From assembly GCA_963697675.1 (NCBI GenBank), contig CAVOOW010000003.1, positions 267,562-331,561 on the forward strand: a DNA stretch of 64,000 nt, given 5' to 3'. The notes beneath the pieces are model-generated. The model did no database searches. It was not told the DNA's origin and worked only from the letters and a program-made list of their open reading frames with translations. Below, piece after piece: positions 1 through 12,382 of this stretch; positions within the stretch are counted from its first letter, which is position 1, and every line of letters begins with the position of its first letter. This DNA is from an uncultured Actinomycetota bacterium. GTDB taxonomy: Bacteria; Actinomycetota; Actinomycetes; JACCUZ01. Position numbers and translations under genes: made by a program.

Positions 1-2575
<2,575 letters not shown>

Positions 2576-3412
2576 GTGGACCTGCAGCGACTGCGCCGTC
2601 GCTTCGCGACCTATAGCTGGGAGCCGGTGACGATCGGCGATTCCGGGGCGGCGGTCTTCCGCCTTTCGGCTCGCGGGAACGGCTCGGCTGTGAACGACCT
2701 TTTCGTGAAAGCCATGGCCGCGGGGTCTTCGGAGCGTGCAACCGGCGAGCTCACGGGCGAGGCCGATCGGTTGCGCTGGCTGGGGGAGTGCGGCATCCCG
2801 GTGCCAGACGTCGTCGAGGTCGTCGTCGACTCAGACGCGGTCGCGCTCGTGACGCGTGCGCTGCCGGGGATCAGTGCCGCCGAGGGCTGGCCTGCCGACC
2901 AACGGCCCGCGGTCGTCGACGCCGTCGCAGACACTCTGCTGGCATTGCACGCCGTGCCTGTGTCGGCGTGCCCGTTCGACCGCAGCCTTGCGGTCACCAT
3001 CCCTGCTGCGTACAGCGCCGTCGCGCGCGCCGAGGTGGACCTCGCCGACCTCGACCGCGAACGCTCCGGCTGGACGGGCCAGCAGTTGCTCGCCGAGCTC
3101 TCGGCCACCACGCCGGCGGCCGAGGACCTGGTCGTGAGCCACGGCGACTACTGCCTTCCCAACATCGTGCTGGATCCCGACACCGTTGCGGTGACCGGAC
3201 TTATCGACGTCGGTCGCGCCGGGCTGGCTGACAGGCACAGCGACCTCGCGCTGATGACGCGAAGCCTGAGCAGCCCCGCCAACCCGTCGTACGGATCCGA
3301 GACCGCGCAACGCTTTCTGCGGCGCTACACCGAGTCCGGCGACGTCGACCTCGACATCGACGTCGACAATGCGAGACTCGACTTCTACCGGCTGCTCGAC
3401 GAGTTCTTCTGA
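2576..3412 (+). CDS. aminoglycoside 3'-phosphotransferase, APH(3') family
   Basis: Segments match APH(3')-II: TIGDSGAAVFRLS near the N-terminus, HGDYCLPNIV...IDVGRAGLADRHSDLAL in the catalytic and activation loop, and a C-terminal FYRLLDEFF identical to the APH(3')-IIa end. The GTG start immediately follows the acn stop. Confidence 0.8.
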   Translation: MDLQRLRRRFATYSWEPVTIGDSGAAVFRLSARGNGSAVNDLFVKAMAAGSSERATGELTGEADRLRWLGECGIPVPDVVEVVVDSDAVALVTRALPGISAAEGWPADQRPAVVDAVADTLLALHAVPVSACPFDRSLAVTIPAAYSAVARAEVDLADLDRERSGWTGQQLLAELSATTPAAEDLVVSHGDYCLPNIVLDPDTVAVTGLIDVGRAGLADRHSDLALMTRSLSSPANPSYGSETAQRFLRRYTESGDVDLDIDVDNARLDFYRLLDEFF

Positions 3413-3416
3413 CCGG

Positions 3417-3848
3417 TCAGTCGGTGCGGCGGAGGGCGAGCACGGGGATGGTCCGGATCCCCGCCGTCTTGACTGCGTAATCCGCGAAGCCTGGATAGCG
3501 GCGGGCCTGCTCGTCGTAGATGCGGTCCCGCTCGTCGCCGGTCACCTCCGACACGGTGACGGCGAATGCGTCGTCGCCGACCTCGACGTCGCCGCTGCCG
3601 GCTTCGGTGAGGTTGTAGTACCACTCGGGGTTGTCCGGGGCGCCGCTCTTCGTGGCGAAGACGTACATCAGGCCGGGGTCGTCGTCAGCAGCGAGGTACA
3701 TGACCGGGCTGACGTACTCCCGCCCCGTCTTGCGTCCGCGATGGTGGATCAGCGTGGTCGGCGCGCCCTCGAACGGTGGGCCGACCTGCCCGTGGTTGCC
3801 CCGGAACTCTTCGATGATCTTCGTGTTCCAGTCACTTGCTCTGGCCAT
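3417..3848 (-). CDS. deazaflavin (F420H2)-dependent nitroreductase-family oxidoreductase, Ddn-like
   Basis: A 143-aa protein with the IIEEFRGNHGQ N-terminus and split-barrel signature typical of the Ddn / DUF385 family. Confidence 0.75.
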   Translation of the reverse strand: MARASDWNTKIIEEFRGNHGQVGPPFEGAPTTLIHHRGRKTGREYVSPVMYLAADDDPGLMYVFATKSGAPDNPEWYYNLTEAGSGDVEVGDDAFAVTVSEVTGDERDRIYDEQARRYPGFADYAVKTAGIRTIPVLALRRTD

Positions 3849-3944
3849 CGCGCAACTCCTCGTCGGTCTCGACCCGCTTGCGTGACAACACAGAACCGTC
3901 GCAGAGGCTTCCTCGTCCCCTCGGTGGCAGCGCGCCAGTACGCC

Positions 3945-4358
3945 TCATTCCGATGCCGACCACGCGCTCCATCGAGTCACGTCCACCGCGAGCACCGGAC
4001 TGGCGGGGGCCAGCTCGGCGTACTGCGGGTACTTGCCCCGCAGACCGGCCAGGGCACGCGCCACTTCGTGCGGATCGTCGACGACGCGTCCGTGACCGTC
4101 CAGCCGCACCCACCACAGCGCGGCCCAGTCCTCGCTGTACTGGTCGACCAAAAGGCACGCGTGACCGGTCGCCGTCACGTTGGCGATCCGGCGCAGCTGC
4201 GTGGTCCGCTTGGGTTTCTGGTCGACCGCGGAGTAGGCGGTCTCGCCAACGAGCACGAAGCAGACGGGTACGACATGTGGCTGGCCCTCGGCGCTGACCG
4301 TGCCCAGGTGCCCGACTCGAGCGGACTCAGCGAGCTGACGCATCGTCTCCGCGTCCAC
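3945..4358 (-). CDS. PPOX-class, probably F420-dependent, pyridoxamine 5'-phosphate oxidase family protein
   Basis: A 137-aa protein with AVDQKPKRTTQLRRIANV...LLVD..YSEDWAALWWVRL, typical of TIGR03668/PPOX split-barrel proteins. Confidence 0.65.
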   Translation of the reverse strand: MDAETMRQLAESARVGHLGTVSAEGQPHVVPVCFVLVGETAYSAVDQKPKRTTQLRRIANVTATGHACLLVDQYSEDWAALWWVRLDGHGRVVDDPHEVARALAGLRGKYPQYAELAPASPVLAVDVTRWSAWSASE

Positions 4359-4471
4359 GTCGCAACCCTACGTGGCGTCGCTGTCTGGCCGGTGGCTGAG
4401 CGCAAGTCCGCCGGTCGACTCGGGATACCTTGGCCCACTGTTCGCACTCGCCACCCTGAAGGAGGCAAGGC

Positions 4472-6526
4472 GTGGCCAGTGGCCAGCAGCCCTATGTGCA
4501 TGACCTCGTGATCTGCCTCGCAGCGCCCACGGTGCTGCTGTCCGAGGCCGACGGCCAGATCCGGCCACTCGGCGCGCAGGGGATGCTGCACGCGGACATC
4601 CGGGTGCTGTCCCGAGCCGAGGTGCGGGTCGGGGGTCACGAGCCGGTGCCGGTCGCCCACGGCCAGGGCGACGCCGGCGCCGCCGAGTTCGTGGCCCTCG
4701 TGCGCGGCCTCGGGGACGCCGGCTCGGACCCGACAGTGCGGATCGTCCGGCAGCGACGCGTGCGGCCCGGCCGGATCGACGAGCGGCTCTGTCTGGTCTC
4801 GCACGCGGCGAGGCCGATCAGCACCGAGTTGTCCTTGACCATTGCCGCCGACCTGACCTCGATCAACGCCGTCAGGAACGGGGATGCTGAGCCGTCGGCC
4901 GCCCCCGTGCTGCACGCCGCAGGGGTGCAGTGGCAGCACAGCGAGACGCGGATCCTCGTGACGACCGACGAGCCCGTGGTCATCGACGCCGACGACGACG
5001 GACAGGTGACGCTTCGCTGGCACGTCGAGGTCGGCCCACGCGACGAGGTCGCCGTCTCGTGGTCGGTGCAGGTCGAGGACGTCGGGGCGGTCGTCGTCGC
5101 GGCACCAGCTGCGCCGTCGTGGCAGCCACCGCGGATCCGGGCCGACGACCGTCGGCTCGAGCGGCTGGTCGCGCGATCGCTCGACGACCTCCACGCACTG
5201 CGGATGGCGACCCCCGCGCGACCGGACGAGGTCTTCCTCGCTGCCGGTGCCCCCTTTTACCTCACGCTCTTCGGGCGCGACAGCCTGTGGGCGGCGCGGA
5301 TGATGCTGCCCCTCACGACGAGCGTGGCGGCGTCGACGCTCCGCCTGCTCGCCGAGCGGCAGGGCCGGAAGGTGGACCCGGTAACCGGCGAGGCACCCGG
5401 CAAGATCCTGCACGAGATGCGACGCGCGGCCGTCGCGAAAAGCGGCAGCCTGCGCCTGCCACCGCTCTACTACGGCACGGTCGACGCGACCGCGTTGTGG
5501 ATCTGCCTGCTGCACGACGCATGGCGCTGGGGGCTGCCGCAGTCCGACGTCGAGGCCCTCGCACCGGCACTCGAGGCCGCGCTGGGCTGGCTGCGCGACC
5601 ACGCCGACGCTGACGGCGACGGATTTCTGGAGTACGTCGACGAGAGCGGGCGTGGTCTTGCCAACCAGGGCTGGAAGGACTCCAGCGACGCCGTACGGTT
5701 CGCCGACGGGACGATCGCCGACCCCTCCATCGCGCTATGCGAGGTGCAGGGCTATGCGTACGAAGCGGCTGTCAGCGGCGCCCGCCTGCTCGACCTGCTC
5801 GGCCGGCCGGGCGGCGACGACTGGCGCACCTGGGCCGCCGCGATGGCCACGCGCTTCCGCGAGCAGTTCTGGGTCGAAGGCGCCGCCGGCCGTTTCCCCG
5901 CGCTCGCCCTCGACGGTGCCAAACGCCGGGTCGACTCGCTGACGAGCAACATCGGCCACCTGCTCGGCACGGGGCTGCTCGATGACACCGAGTCCGAGCA
6001 GGTGGCTGCTGCGGTGACCGGACCGGACATGGACAGCGGGTTCGGGCTGCGCACCATGTCAGAACGGATGGCCGGCTACCAGCCGCTGTCCTACCACTGT
6101 GGTTCGGTGTGGCCCCATGACACAGCGATCATCGTGCACGGAATGGTGCGGGCGGGTCAGTCGGCGCGGTTGTCGAGGGCCGTGACAGGTCTGCTCGCGG
6201 CCGGCGAGGCGTTCGACCATCGACTGCCCGAGCTGTACGCCGGTGACGACGACAACAGCCCGGCCAGGCCCGTGCCCTATCCCGCGTCGTGTCGTCCGCA
6301 GGCCTGGTCCGCGGCCGCCGCAGTGTTGCTGGTGCAGGCCGTGCTTGGCCTCGAGGTCGACGTGCCGGCCGGCCGCATCACGCTGCGCCCGCCGCACCCG
6401 TCGCCCGTGGGCGCAGTGCGCGTCGAAGGGCTGCGCATCGGGGAGGAGCTGGTCACGGTCGAGCTCGACGCGGCTGGCACGGTGGTCGAGGTCTCAGGCA
6501 CCTCGCTGCACGTCGACGCCGTGTGA
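4472..6526 (+). CDS. amylo-alpha-1,6-glucosidase / glycogen-debranching-enzyme family protein
   Basis: An intact 684-aa ORF with an LFGRDSLWAA motif and a GDE_C-like C-terminal half. It is convergent with the next gene and overlaps it by 33 bp. Confidence 0.75.
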   Translation: MASGQQPYVHDLVICLAAPTVLLSEADGQIRPLGAQGMLHADIRVLSRAEVRVGGHEPVPVAHGQGDAGAAEFVALVRGLGDAGSDPTVRIVRQRRVRPGRIDERLCLVSHAARPISTELSLTIAADLTSINAVRNGDAEPSAAPVLHAAGVQWQHSETRILVTTDEPVVIDADDDGQVTLRWHVEVGPRDEVAVSWSVQVEDVGAVVVAAPAAPSWQPPRIRADDRRLERLVARSLDDLHALRMATPARPDEVFLAAGAPFYLTLFGRDSLWAARMMLPLTTSVAASTLRLLAERQGRKVDPVTGEAPGKILHEMRRAAVAKSGSLRLPPLYYGTVDATALWICLLHDAWRWGLPQSDVEALAPALEAALGWLRDHADADGDGFLEYVDESGRGLANQGWKDSSDAVRFADGTIADPSIALCEVQGYAYEAAVSGARLLDLLGRPGGDDWRTWAAAMATRFREQFWVEGAAGRFPALALDGAKRRVDSLTSNIGHLLGTGLLDDTESEQVAAAVTGPDMDSGFGLRTMSERMAGYQPLSYHCGSVWPHDTAIIVHGMVRAGQSARLSRAVTGLLAAGEAFDHRLPELYAGDDDNSPARPVPYPASCRPQAWSAAAAVLLVQAVLGLEVDVPAGRITLRPPHPSPVGAVRVEGLRIGEELVTVELDAAGTVVEVSGTSLHVDAV

Positions 6527-7501
6527 GGCGAGCCAGGACACCTGTGCGAGCTCCTGGAACGCGTCGCCGCCCTCGTGCTCGTTCCACTCCCAGACCTGCA
6601 GATCGGCCGGGCCCCCGTACCGGTTGTGCGCAGCGAAGACGGTCGACGGCGGGCAGATCGGGTCGCGCAGAGCCACGCTCCACAGGCTCGGCGCAACCCC
6701 GTGCCGGGCGAGCACGGCCGTGTCGACGTACGACATCGCCGTGAAGGCCTGCTCGGCCTCGTCGCGATGGTTGCTGCACCACTCGACGAGCTCGGTGTAG
6801 GGCGAGGCGGACGCGAGCTCGGCCGCCCGGCGGAAGTGGCAGAGGAAGGGCACGTCGACCAGTGCTGCGGCCGGGGGGTCGGCGAGCAGCCAGCCACGCA
6901 GGATCGACGCTGCCAACGAGAGCCCGCCGCCCTGGCTGGCGCCTGCCGTCACGATCCGGCCGGCGTCGACGTCGGGGTGGCTCGCGGCCGCCTCCACGGC
7001 GCGCACGGCGTCGGTGTACAACCGCCGGTAGTAGTGCCGCGACGGGTCGGGCAGGCCGAGCGTGAGGAAGCCGGGCACGTGGGGCAGCGAGCCCTCCGGG
7101 TCGAGGTCGGGCGTGACACCGGGGTGGTGCGCGCTGCCCTGACCCCGCGTGTCCATCACCAGGTGGGCGAACCCCATCGCCGACCAGGTCAGCCACTCGT
7201 GGGGCAGACCCCGGCCGCCGCCGTAGCCGACGTACTGCACGATGCACGGCAACGGCGCGGGACGATGCCGGGGCAGCAGCAACCACGCGGCCACGCGTTG
7301 ACCGCCGAACCCGCAGAACCGCACGTCGAAGACATCGACCGTTCGCAGCGGTGACTCGTGCGGCGTCCACGTGACGTCGATGTCGTGCGCCAGCGCTTCG
7401 TCGAGCGTCGTCTGCCAGAAGTCACGCAGGTCGGCGGGCTCGACGAGGTCTGGCCGATAGTCGCGGAGCTCGTCGAGCGGGAGGTCGAAGTGGGTCGTCA
7501 T
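6494..7501 (-). CDS. acetylxylan esterase / cephalosporin-C deacetylase (AXE1 family)
   Basis: An AXE1-like protein with a GASQGGG nucleophile elbow. Start chosen at MTTHFDLPL. Confidence 0.8.
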   Translation of the reverse strand: MTTHFDLPLDELRDYRPDLVEPADLRDFWQTTLDEALAHDIDVTWTPHESPLRTVDVFDVRFCGFGGQRVAAWLLLPRHRPAPLPCIVQYVGYGGGRGLPHEWLTWSAMGFAHLVMDTRGQGSAHHPGVTPDLDPEGSLPHVPGFLTLGLPDPSRHYYRRLYTDAVRAVEAAASHPDVDAGRIVTAGASQGGGLSLAASILRGWLLADPPAAALVDVPFLCHFRRAAELASASPYTELVEWCSNHRDEAEQAFTAMSYVDTAVLARHGVAPSLWSVALRDPICPPSTVFAAHNRYGGPADLQVWEWNEHEGGDAFQELAQVSWLASHGVDVQRGA

Positions 7502-8084
7502 GGAACGCACGATGGCACAGGGCGTGCCGGGGCCGTCGTTAGGCTCCACATCGCGAGCCGCTGACGAGTGCTGGACGGGAGGTGATCAGGTGGGTGCCGC
7601 CGTCGTGCCACCGGGCTGGCCGAGCGACGTCCGGCCGCCCGGCACCCACGACTGGGAGCGGACCGCGGCTGCATGGCTGTTCGATCTGTGCCCGCCCGAC
7701 TATCGCGCGCACGAGGTGCTGCGCCGCCACCCCGTGGTCCTGGCCCGGGTGGCACACCATCACGTGCAGGGAGCCATCGGCGCGGCCCGCACAGGCCTCT
7801 CGACGGCCCGACGTGACCTCGCCGACGTCGCCGACGTCACCACGGTGGAGGCCACAGTCTCGATGTACGAGCGCGAGGGCGCGCGTCTGATGTCGGTGGC
7901 CCGGTCGCTCGGCCCTGGTCGAGCAGGCGCTGCGCGGGAAACGGTTCATCCAGCGCATCTAAGATGCGACGACTCTCAGACATCCCCCAGGGGCCGCACC
8001 GTAGACTCGGCTGGCTGGGAGCTGTACCGCCAGGGGGGCGATCCGCCCGGTCTGCCAAGTCGCCGCAACGATGGGAGCACGCGA

Positions 8085-10005
8085 GTGGGACTCCTCGAGT
8101 CGATCAGGGGTCCGCGCGACCTCCGTCGCCTCAGTCCGGACGAGCTGACCACGCTGGCCGAGGAGATCCGCGCCTTCCTCGTCACCTCGGTCGCGCGCAC
8201 CGGAGGCCACCTCGGACCGAACCTCGGGGTCGTCGAGCTGACCCTCGCCCTGCACCGTGTTTTCGACTCGCCCCGCGATCGGCTCGTGTGGGACACCGGC
8301 CACCAGGCGTACGTCCACAAGATGGTGACCGGGCGCCTCGGTGACTTCGCGACCCTGAAGCACAAGGGCGGGCTCTCCGGCTACCCGAGCCAGGCCGAGT
8401 CCGACCATGACATCGTCGAGAACTCCCACGCGTCGACGTCGTTGTCCTATGCCGACGGCCTCGCCAAGGCTCACCAGCTGCGCGGCCTCACCGACCGCCA
8501 CGTGGTCGCCGTGATCGGTGACGGCGCGCTGACGGGAGGCATGGCCTGGGAGGCGCTCAACAACATCGCGGCCGACAGGTCGCGACGGCTGGTCATCGTC
8601 GTCAACGACAACGAGCGGTCCTACGCGCCGACCATCGGCGGTCTGGCCCACTACCTCGCCACGCTCCGCACGACACGTGGCTACGAGCGGTTCCTCGAGT
8701 GGGGCAAGAACCTGCTCGGCCGCACACCGGTCGTGGGCGCCCCGATCTACGACACGTTGCACGGCGTGAAGAAGGGCCTCAAGGACATCGTCGCGCCGCA
8801 GGGCATGTTCGAGGACCTCGGTCTCAAGTACATCGGGCCCGTCGACGGGCACGACATCGAGGCCGTGGAGCACGCGCTGCGCCGGGCTCGCGGCTTCATC
8901 GGCCCCGTGCTCGTGCACTGCATCACCCACAAAGGGCAGGGCTACCAGCCGGCCCTCGACGACGCAGCCGACAACTTCCACGGCATCGGTGTGATCGACC
9001 CCGACACGGGACTGCCCCTGTCGGAGGCGTCGCGTTGAGTGGGGCGAGGTGTTCGGCGACGAGCTCGTCGCGATCGGCGAGGAGCGGTCCGACATCGTGG
9101 CGATCACGGCGGCCATGCTGCTGCCGACCAGGCTCGGGAAGTTTGCCGAGCGGTTCCCCGACCGGGTCTTCGACGTCGGCATCGCAGAGCAGCACGCGGC
9201 GACCTCGGCAGCGGGGCTCGCGATGGGCGGGCTGCACCCGGTGTTCGCGGTGTACGCGACGTTCCTCAACCGGGCGTTCGACCAGGTGCTGCTGGACGTC
9301 GCACTGCACAAGTGCGGTGTGACGTTCGCGCTGACGCACGCAGGCGTGACCGGCAACGACGGGCCGAGCCACAACGGCATGTGGGACCTCGCGGTGCTGC
9401 AGGTCGTGCCAGGACTGCGCATCGCGGCTCCGCGCGACGGGGCGACGCTATGCAGCGAGCTGCGCGAGGCCGTCGCCGTCGAGGACGCACCGACCGTCGT
9501 GCGGTTCCCCAAGGGACCGGTCTGTGCCGACATCCCCGCCGTGGCGACCGTGGACGGCCTCGACGTGCTGGTCCAGGCCGACGACCGCGACGTGCTGCTC
9601 GTCTCGGTCGGCGCGATGGCCGAGACCTGCCTCGAGGTCGCTCAGCGCTGCGCCCGGCAGGGCATCGGGGTCACGGTGGTCGACCCGCGCTGGGTCAAGC
9701 CGCTGCCGCCGGCCCTCGTCGACCTCGCGCGTGACTACCGGTGCCTGGTCACTGTCGAGGACGGCATCCGGTCCGGCGGGGTTGGTTCGATGGTCGCCCA
9801 GGCCCTGCGCGACGCCAAGGTGGCGACGCCGCTGCGCGACTTCGGCATCCCGGCCCGCTTTCTCGACCACGCCAAGCGCGCCGAGGTGCTGGCCGAGATC
9901 GGGCTGACGGCGCAGGACATCTCGCGCGAGATCATCGAGGCGGTCGCGCAGCTCGACGGCGCGCTCGACCAGCCGGGTGAGTCACGAACGTCCGACCGCA
10001 CCTGA
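8085..10005 (+). pseudogene. dxs: 1-deoxy-D-xylulose-5-phosphate synthase, disrupted by a single frameshift near 9036 (sequencing error not excluded)
   Basis: The Dxs N-terminal TPP domain ([17 protein letters not shown]) runs to a stop at 9036..9038. The PYR and C-terminal domains continue in the +1 frame from 9037 ([16 protein letters not shown]..., ORF track from 9049). The two frames switch at a GGGG run. Confidence 0.8.
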
Positions 10006-10080
10006 CCTTCGTGCCGGACGAGCGACCTTCGCACCCCGACGAGTGACCTTCGTGCCCGACGAGCGACCTTCGTGCCCGAC
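10004..10080. repeat. tandem repeat of four 20-bp units (GACCTTCGTGCCCGACGAGC) immediately after the dxs stop
   Basis: Copies sit at 10004, 10024, 10045 and 10065, with minor variants. Confidence 0.7.
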
Positions 10081-10098
10081 ACGCCGGGCGTGTCGGGC
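10074..10098. terminator. GC-rich perfect hairpin (GCCCGACACGCC / GGCGTGTCGGGC) between convergent genes
   Basis: A 12-bp inverted repeat lying between the dxs 3' end and the 3' end of the minus-strand gene ending at 10133. No U-tract follows. Confidence 0.45.
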
Positions 10099-10132
10099 CG
10101 AAAGGTCGCTGCTCAGCCGAGCGGTACGGGGG

Positions 10133-11107
10133 TCAGCGGTAGAGCACGGGCCGCAGGTGCGGTGAGGCGGCTGCCTTGTCGCGCAGCACGATCTCGGCCG
10201 GCCGGCCGCCGACCATCGAGAGCGTGACCTCGTCAGCGGTGACCAGCAACGGTCGCGAGAAGCCGCGCGCCAGCTCATCGGTCGCGGCGGCTGCCGCGAC
10301 CGTGAAGGCAGGGTCGATGCGGGACAGGTCGAGCCAGCCCCGGCGGCGCATGGGCACGGCGGCTGCCCGCATGCCCGTGTGCTCCTGACTGCACAGCGCG
10401 GCGCGGAACGTCTTCGAGGCGAGCAGGGTGACGACGTCGCAGTCACCGATCGGCCGAAGCATCGGTACGTCGGCCAGTCGCTGAGCGGCGACGGCACCGA
10501 CACGCTCGAGGTAGCCGACGGCCACGGGCCACCAGGGCGCCGGATCGATGCCTGCCGCGTCGAGTGCACCTTGCGGGATGATCACGACCTCGTCGGGGTC
10601 GGGGCCGACGCCCACGAAACCGAACCCGAGGTCGATGGCGCCGCCCAGGACGCGGTGCCGCACCCAGTGCAGACCCGGGTGCAGGGGATGGTCGACGGGC
10701 AGGCCGATCGGCCGGGCGTGCTGGCGCAGCGTGTCGACGTCAAGGTCGGCCGCGATGCGCCGGCCGGTGAGATAGGAGCGAATCCGCAGCCGGGCTACCT
10801 GGCCCTCGAGGTCGGCACCGGCCAGCGCACGGCGCAGCTCGCGCCAGGTGACCTCGACCGGCTCCGCACCGGTCAGCAGCACGCCATCGTCGGTCGGCAC
10901 CATGTCGACGTCATCCAGAACGCAGACGGCGAGGGCGAGCCGGCGGAGGGCAATAGGGGCAGGGTAGGACACTTCCTGAAAGTACCCGCTGGAGCCCGCC
11001 CCCGACACAGCCGCGAGGGTGATTGACGGCGACCGTACGTCGTGTGTGGTCGCGCAGTGTAGTCGTGGGCCGTCAATCTGCGGATTCTTACGCTCACGAG
11101 GTGACAT
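10133..11107 (-). CDS. hypothetical protein
   Basis: The C-terminal part of the ORF 10133..11485 has protein-like composition. The start is uncertain: candidates are MSPRER at 11107 or MVPTDD at 10903. It lies directly downstream of soxR. Confidence 0.4.
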   Translation of the reverse strand: MSPRERKNPQIDGPRLHCATTHDVRSPSITLAAVSGAGSSGYFQEVSYPAPIALRRLALAVCVLDDVDMVPTDDGVLLTGAEPVEVTWRELRRALAGADLEGQVARLRIRSYLTGRRIAADLDVDTLRQHARPIGLPVDHPLHPGLHWVRHRVLGGAIDLGFGFVGVGPDPDEVVIIPQGALDAAGIDPAPWWPVAVGYLERVGAVAAQRLADVPMLRPIGDCDVVTLLASKTFRAALCSQEHTGMRAAAVPMRRRGWLDLSRIDPAFTVAAAAATDELARGFSRPLLVTADEVTLSMVGGRPAEIVLRDKAAASPHLRPVLYR

Positions 11108-11129
11108 TGCGTGACAAAACTCCTGTTGG

Positions 11130-11600
11130 TCACCGGGTCGGGGTTTCCGGCCTGGTGAGCCGGCGGGGCAGGTACGCAGCACCGGGGCCCTCGCCCGCGG
11201 CGACGTCGGACGGGTTGGAGAATGCGCACCGGCGCAGCGACAGACAGCCACACCCGATGCACGAGTCGAGTCCGTCCCGCAGCCGCGACAGCGCCTCGAT
11301 CTGGTCGTCGAGCCGGTGCCGCCAACTCTGCGACAACCGGGTCCAGTCGGCCTTCGTCGGTGTCCGGCCACCGGGCAAGGTGGCCAACGCGGCCGCGGCC
11401 TCGTCGAGGGAGAGCCCGACGTTGCGGGCGGCCCGGATGAAGGCGAGCCGTCGCAGCACGTTGCGTTGATAGCGCCGCTGGCCACCCGACGTGCGGGTTG
11501 AGCTGATCAGCCCCAGCCGCTCGTAGTAGCGCAGTGCGGAGGTGGCGAAGCCGCTGCGTTCGGCCACGGCTCCGACGGTGAGCAGATCGGTGGTGAGCAT
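11130..11600 (-). CDS. soxR: redox-sensitive transcriptional activator SoxR (MerR family, [2Fe-2S])
   Basis: A MerR-type HTH followed by the diagnostic CIGCGCLSLRRC cluster. Confidence 0.85.
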   Translation of the reverse strand: MLTTDLLTVGAVAERSGFATSALRYYERLGLISSTRTSGGQRRYQRNVLRRLAFIRAARNVGLSLDEAAAALATLPGGRTPTKADWTRLSQSWRHRLDDQIEALSRLRDGLDSCIGCGCLSLRRCAFSNPSDVAAGEGPGAAYLPRRLTRPETPTR

Positions 11601-11683
11601 GTCCGTTCGCTTCCTTGACTTGACTTAAACCTGACTTCAACTACAAGGATGGAGGGACTTCACCGGAATCGCAAGGAGACACC
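11601..11683. promoter_or_regulatory. divergent soxR / SDR intergenic promoter region
   Basis: An 83-bp region containing a TTGACT -35-like hexamer, three TGACTT direct repeats and an AAGGAG RBS ahead of the SDR start. No canonical CCTCAAGTTAACTTGAGG sox box is present. Confidence 0.4.
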
Positions 11684-12382
11684 ATGTCGGTTGCACTCAT
11701 CACCGGGGCGAGCAGAGGTCTCGGACAGGCGCTTGCCCGCGAGCTCTCCGCACGCGGTTGGTCCCTGATCCTCGATGCCCGCGGCGCGGATGCGCTGGAC
11801 CAGACGGTTTCCTCGCTGCGCGGCGGGCCTGTCGTCGCGGTGGTCGGAGATGTCTCGAGCCCTGACCATCGGGCGGAGCTCGCGGCGGCCATCGCGCAGG
11901 CCGGACGCCTCGACCTGCTCGTCAACAACGCCAGTCACCTCGGGCCGAGCCCTCAGCCACAGCTGGCCGACTATCCCCTCGACGAGCTCGCTCGGGTCTA
12001 TGAGGTGGACGTACTCGCTCCCGTGGCCCTGACTCAGTTGGCGCTCCCCTGGCTGGTGGCCTCCGGCGGCGTGCTGATCAACGTCACCTCCGATGCTGCG
12101 GTCCAGGCCTACGAGGGCTGGGGCGGTTACGGATCGGCCAAGGCGGCGCTCGACCAGGTCACCGCCGTCCTGGCAGCCGAGCAGCCGGGCATCTCCTGCT
12201 ACGCGTTCGACCCGGGCGACATGCGCACCCAGATGCACCAGCAGGCCTTCCCGGGCGAGGACATCTCGGACAGGCCCGAGCCGGAGACGGTCGTGCCGGC
12301 TCTGCTTCAGCTGCTCGACGACCGGCCGCCCAGCGGTCGCTTCAGCTCCACGGAGCTGTGCACGACGGCGCACGCGCGATGA
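11684..12382 (+). CDS. SDR-family NAD(P)-dependent oxidoreductase
   Basis: Carries TGASRGLG and YGSAKAAL (YxxxK) motifs and is divergent from soxR. Confidence 0.85.
   Translation: MSVALITGASRGLGQALARELSARGWSLILDARGADALDQTVSSLRGGPVVAVVGDVSSPDHRAELAAAIAQAGRLDLLVNNASHLGPSPQPQLADYPLDELARVYEVDVLAPVALTQLALPWLVASGGVLINVTSDAAVQAYEGWGGYGSAKAALDQVTAVLAAEQPGISCYAFDPGDMRTQMHQQAFPGEDISDRPEPETVVPALLQLLDDRPPSGRFSSTELCTTAHAR

Noticed and set aside
11601-11683. Canonical SoxR box (CCTCAAGTTAACTTGAGG-like dyad)
   Set aside because: Not present; only TGACTT direct repeats and a TTGACT hexamer were found. The region is kept as a generic divergent promoter.
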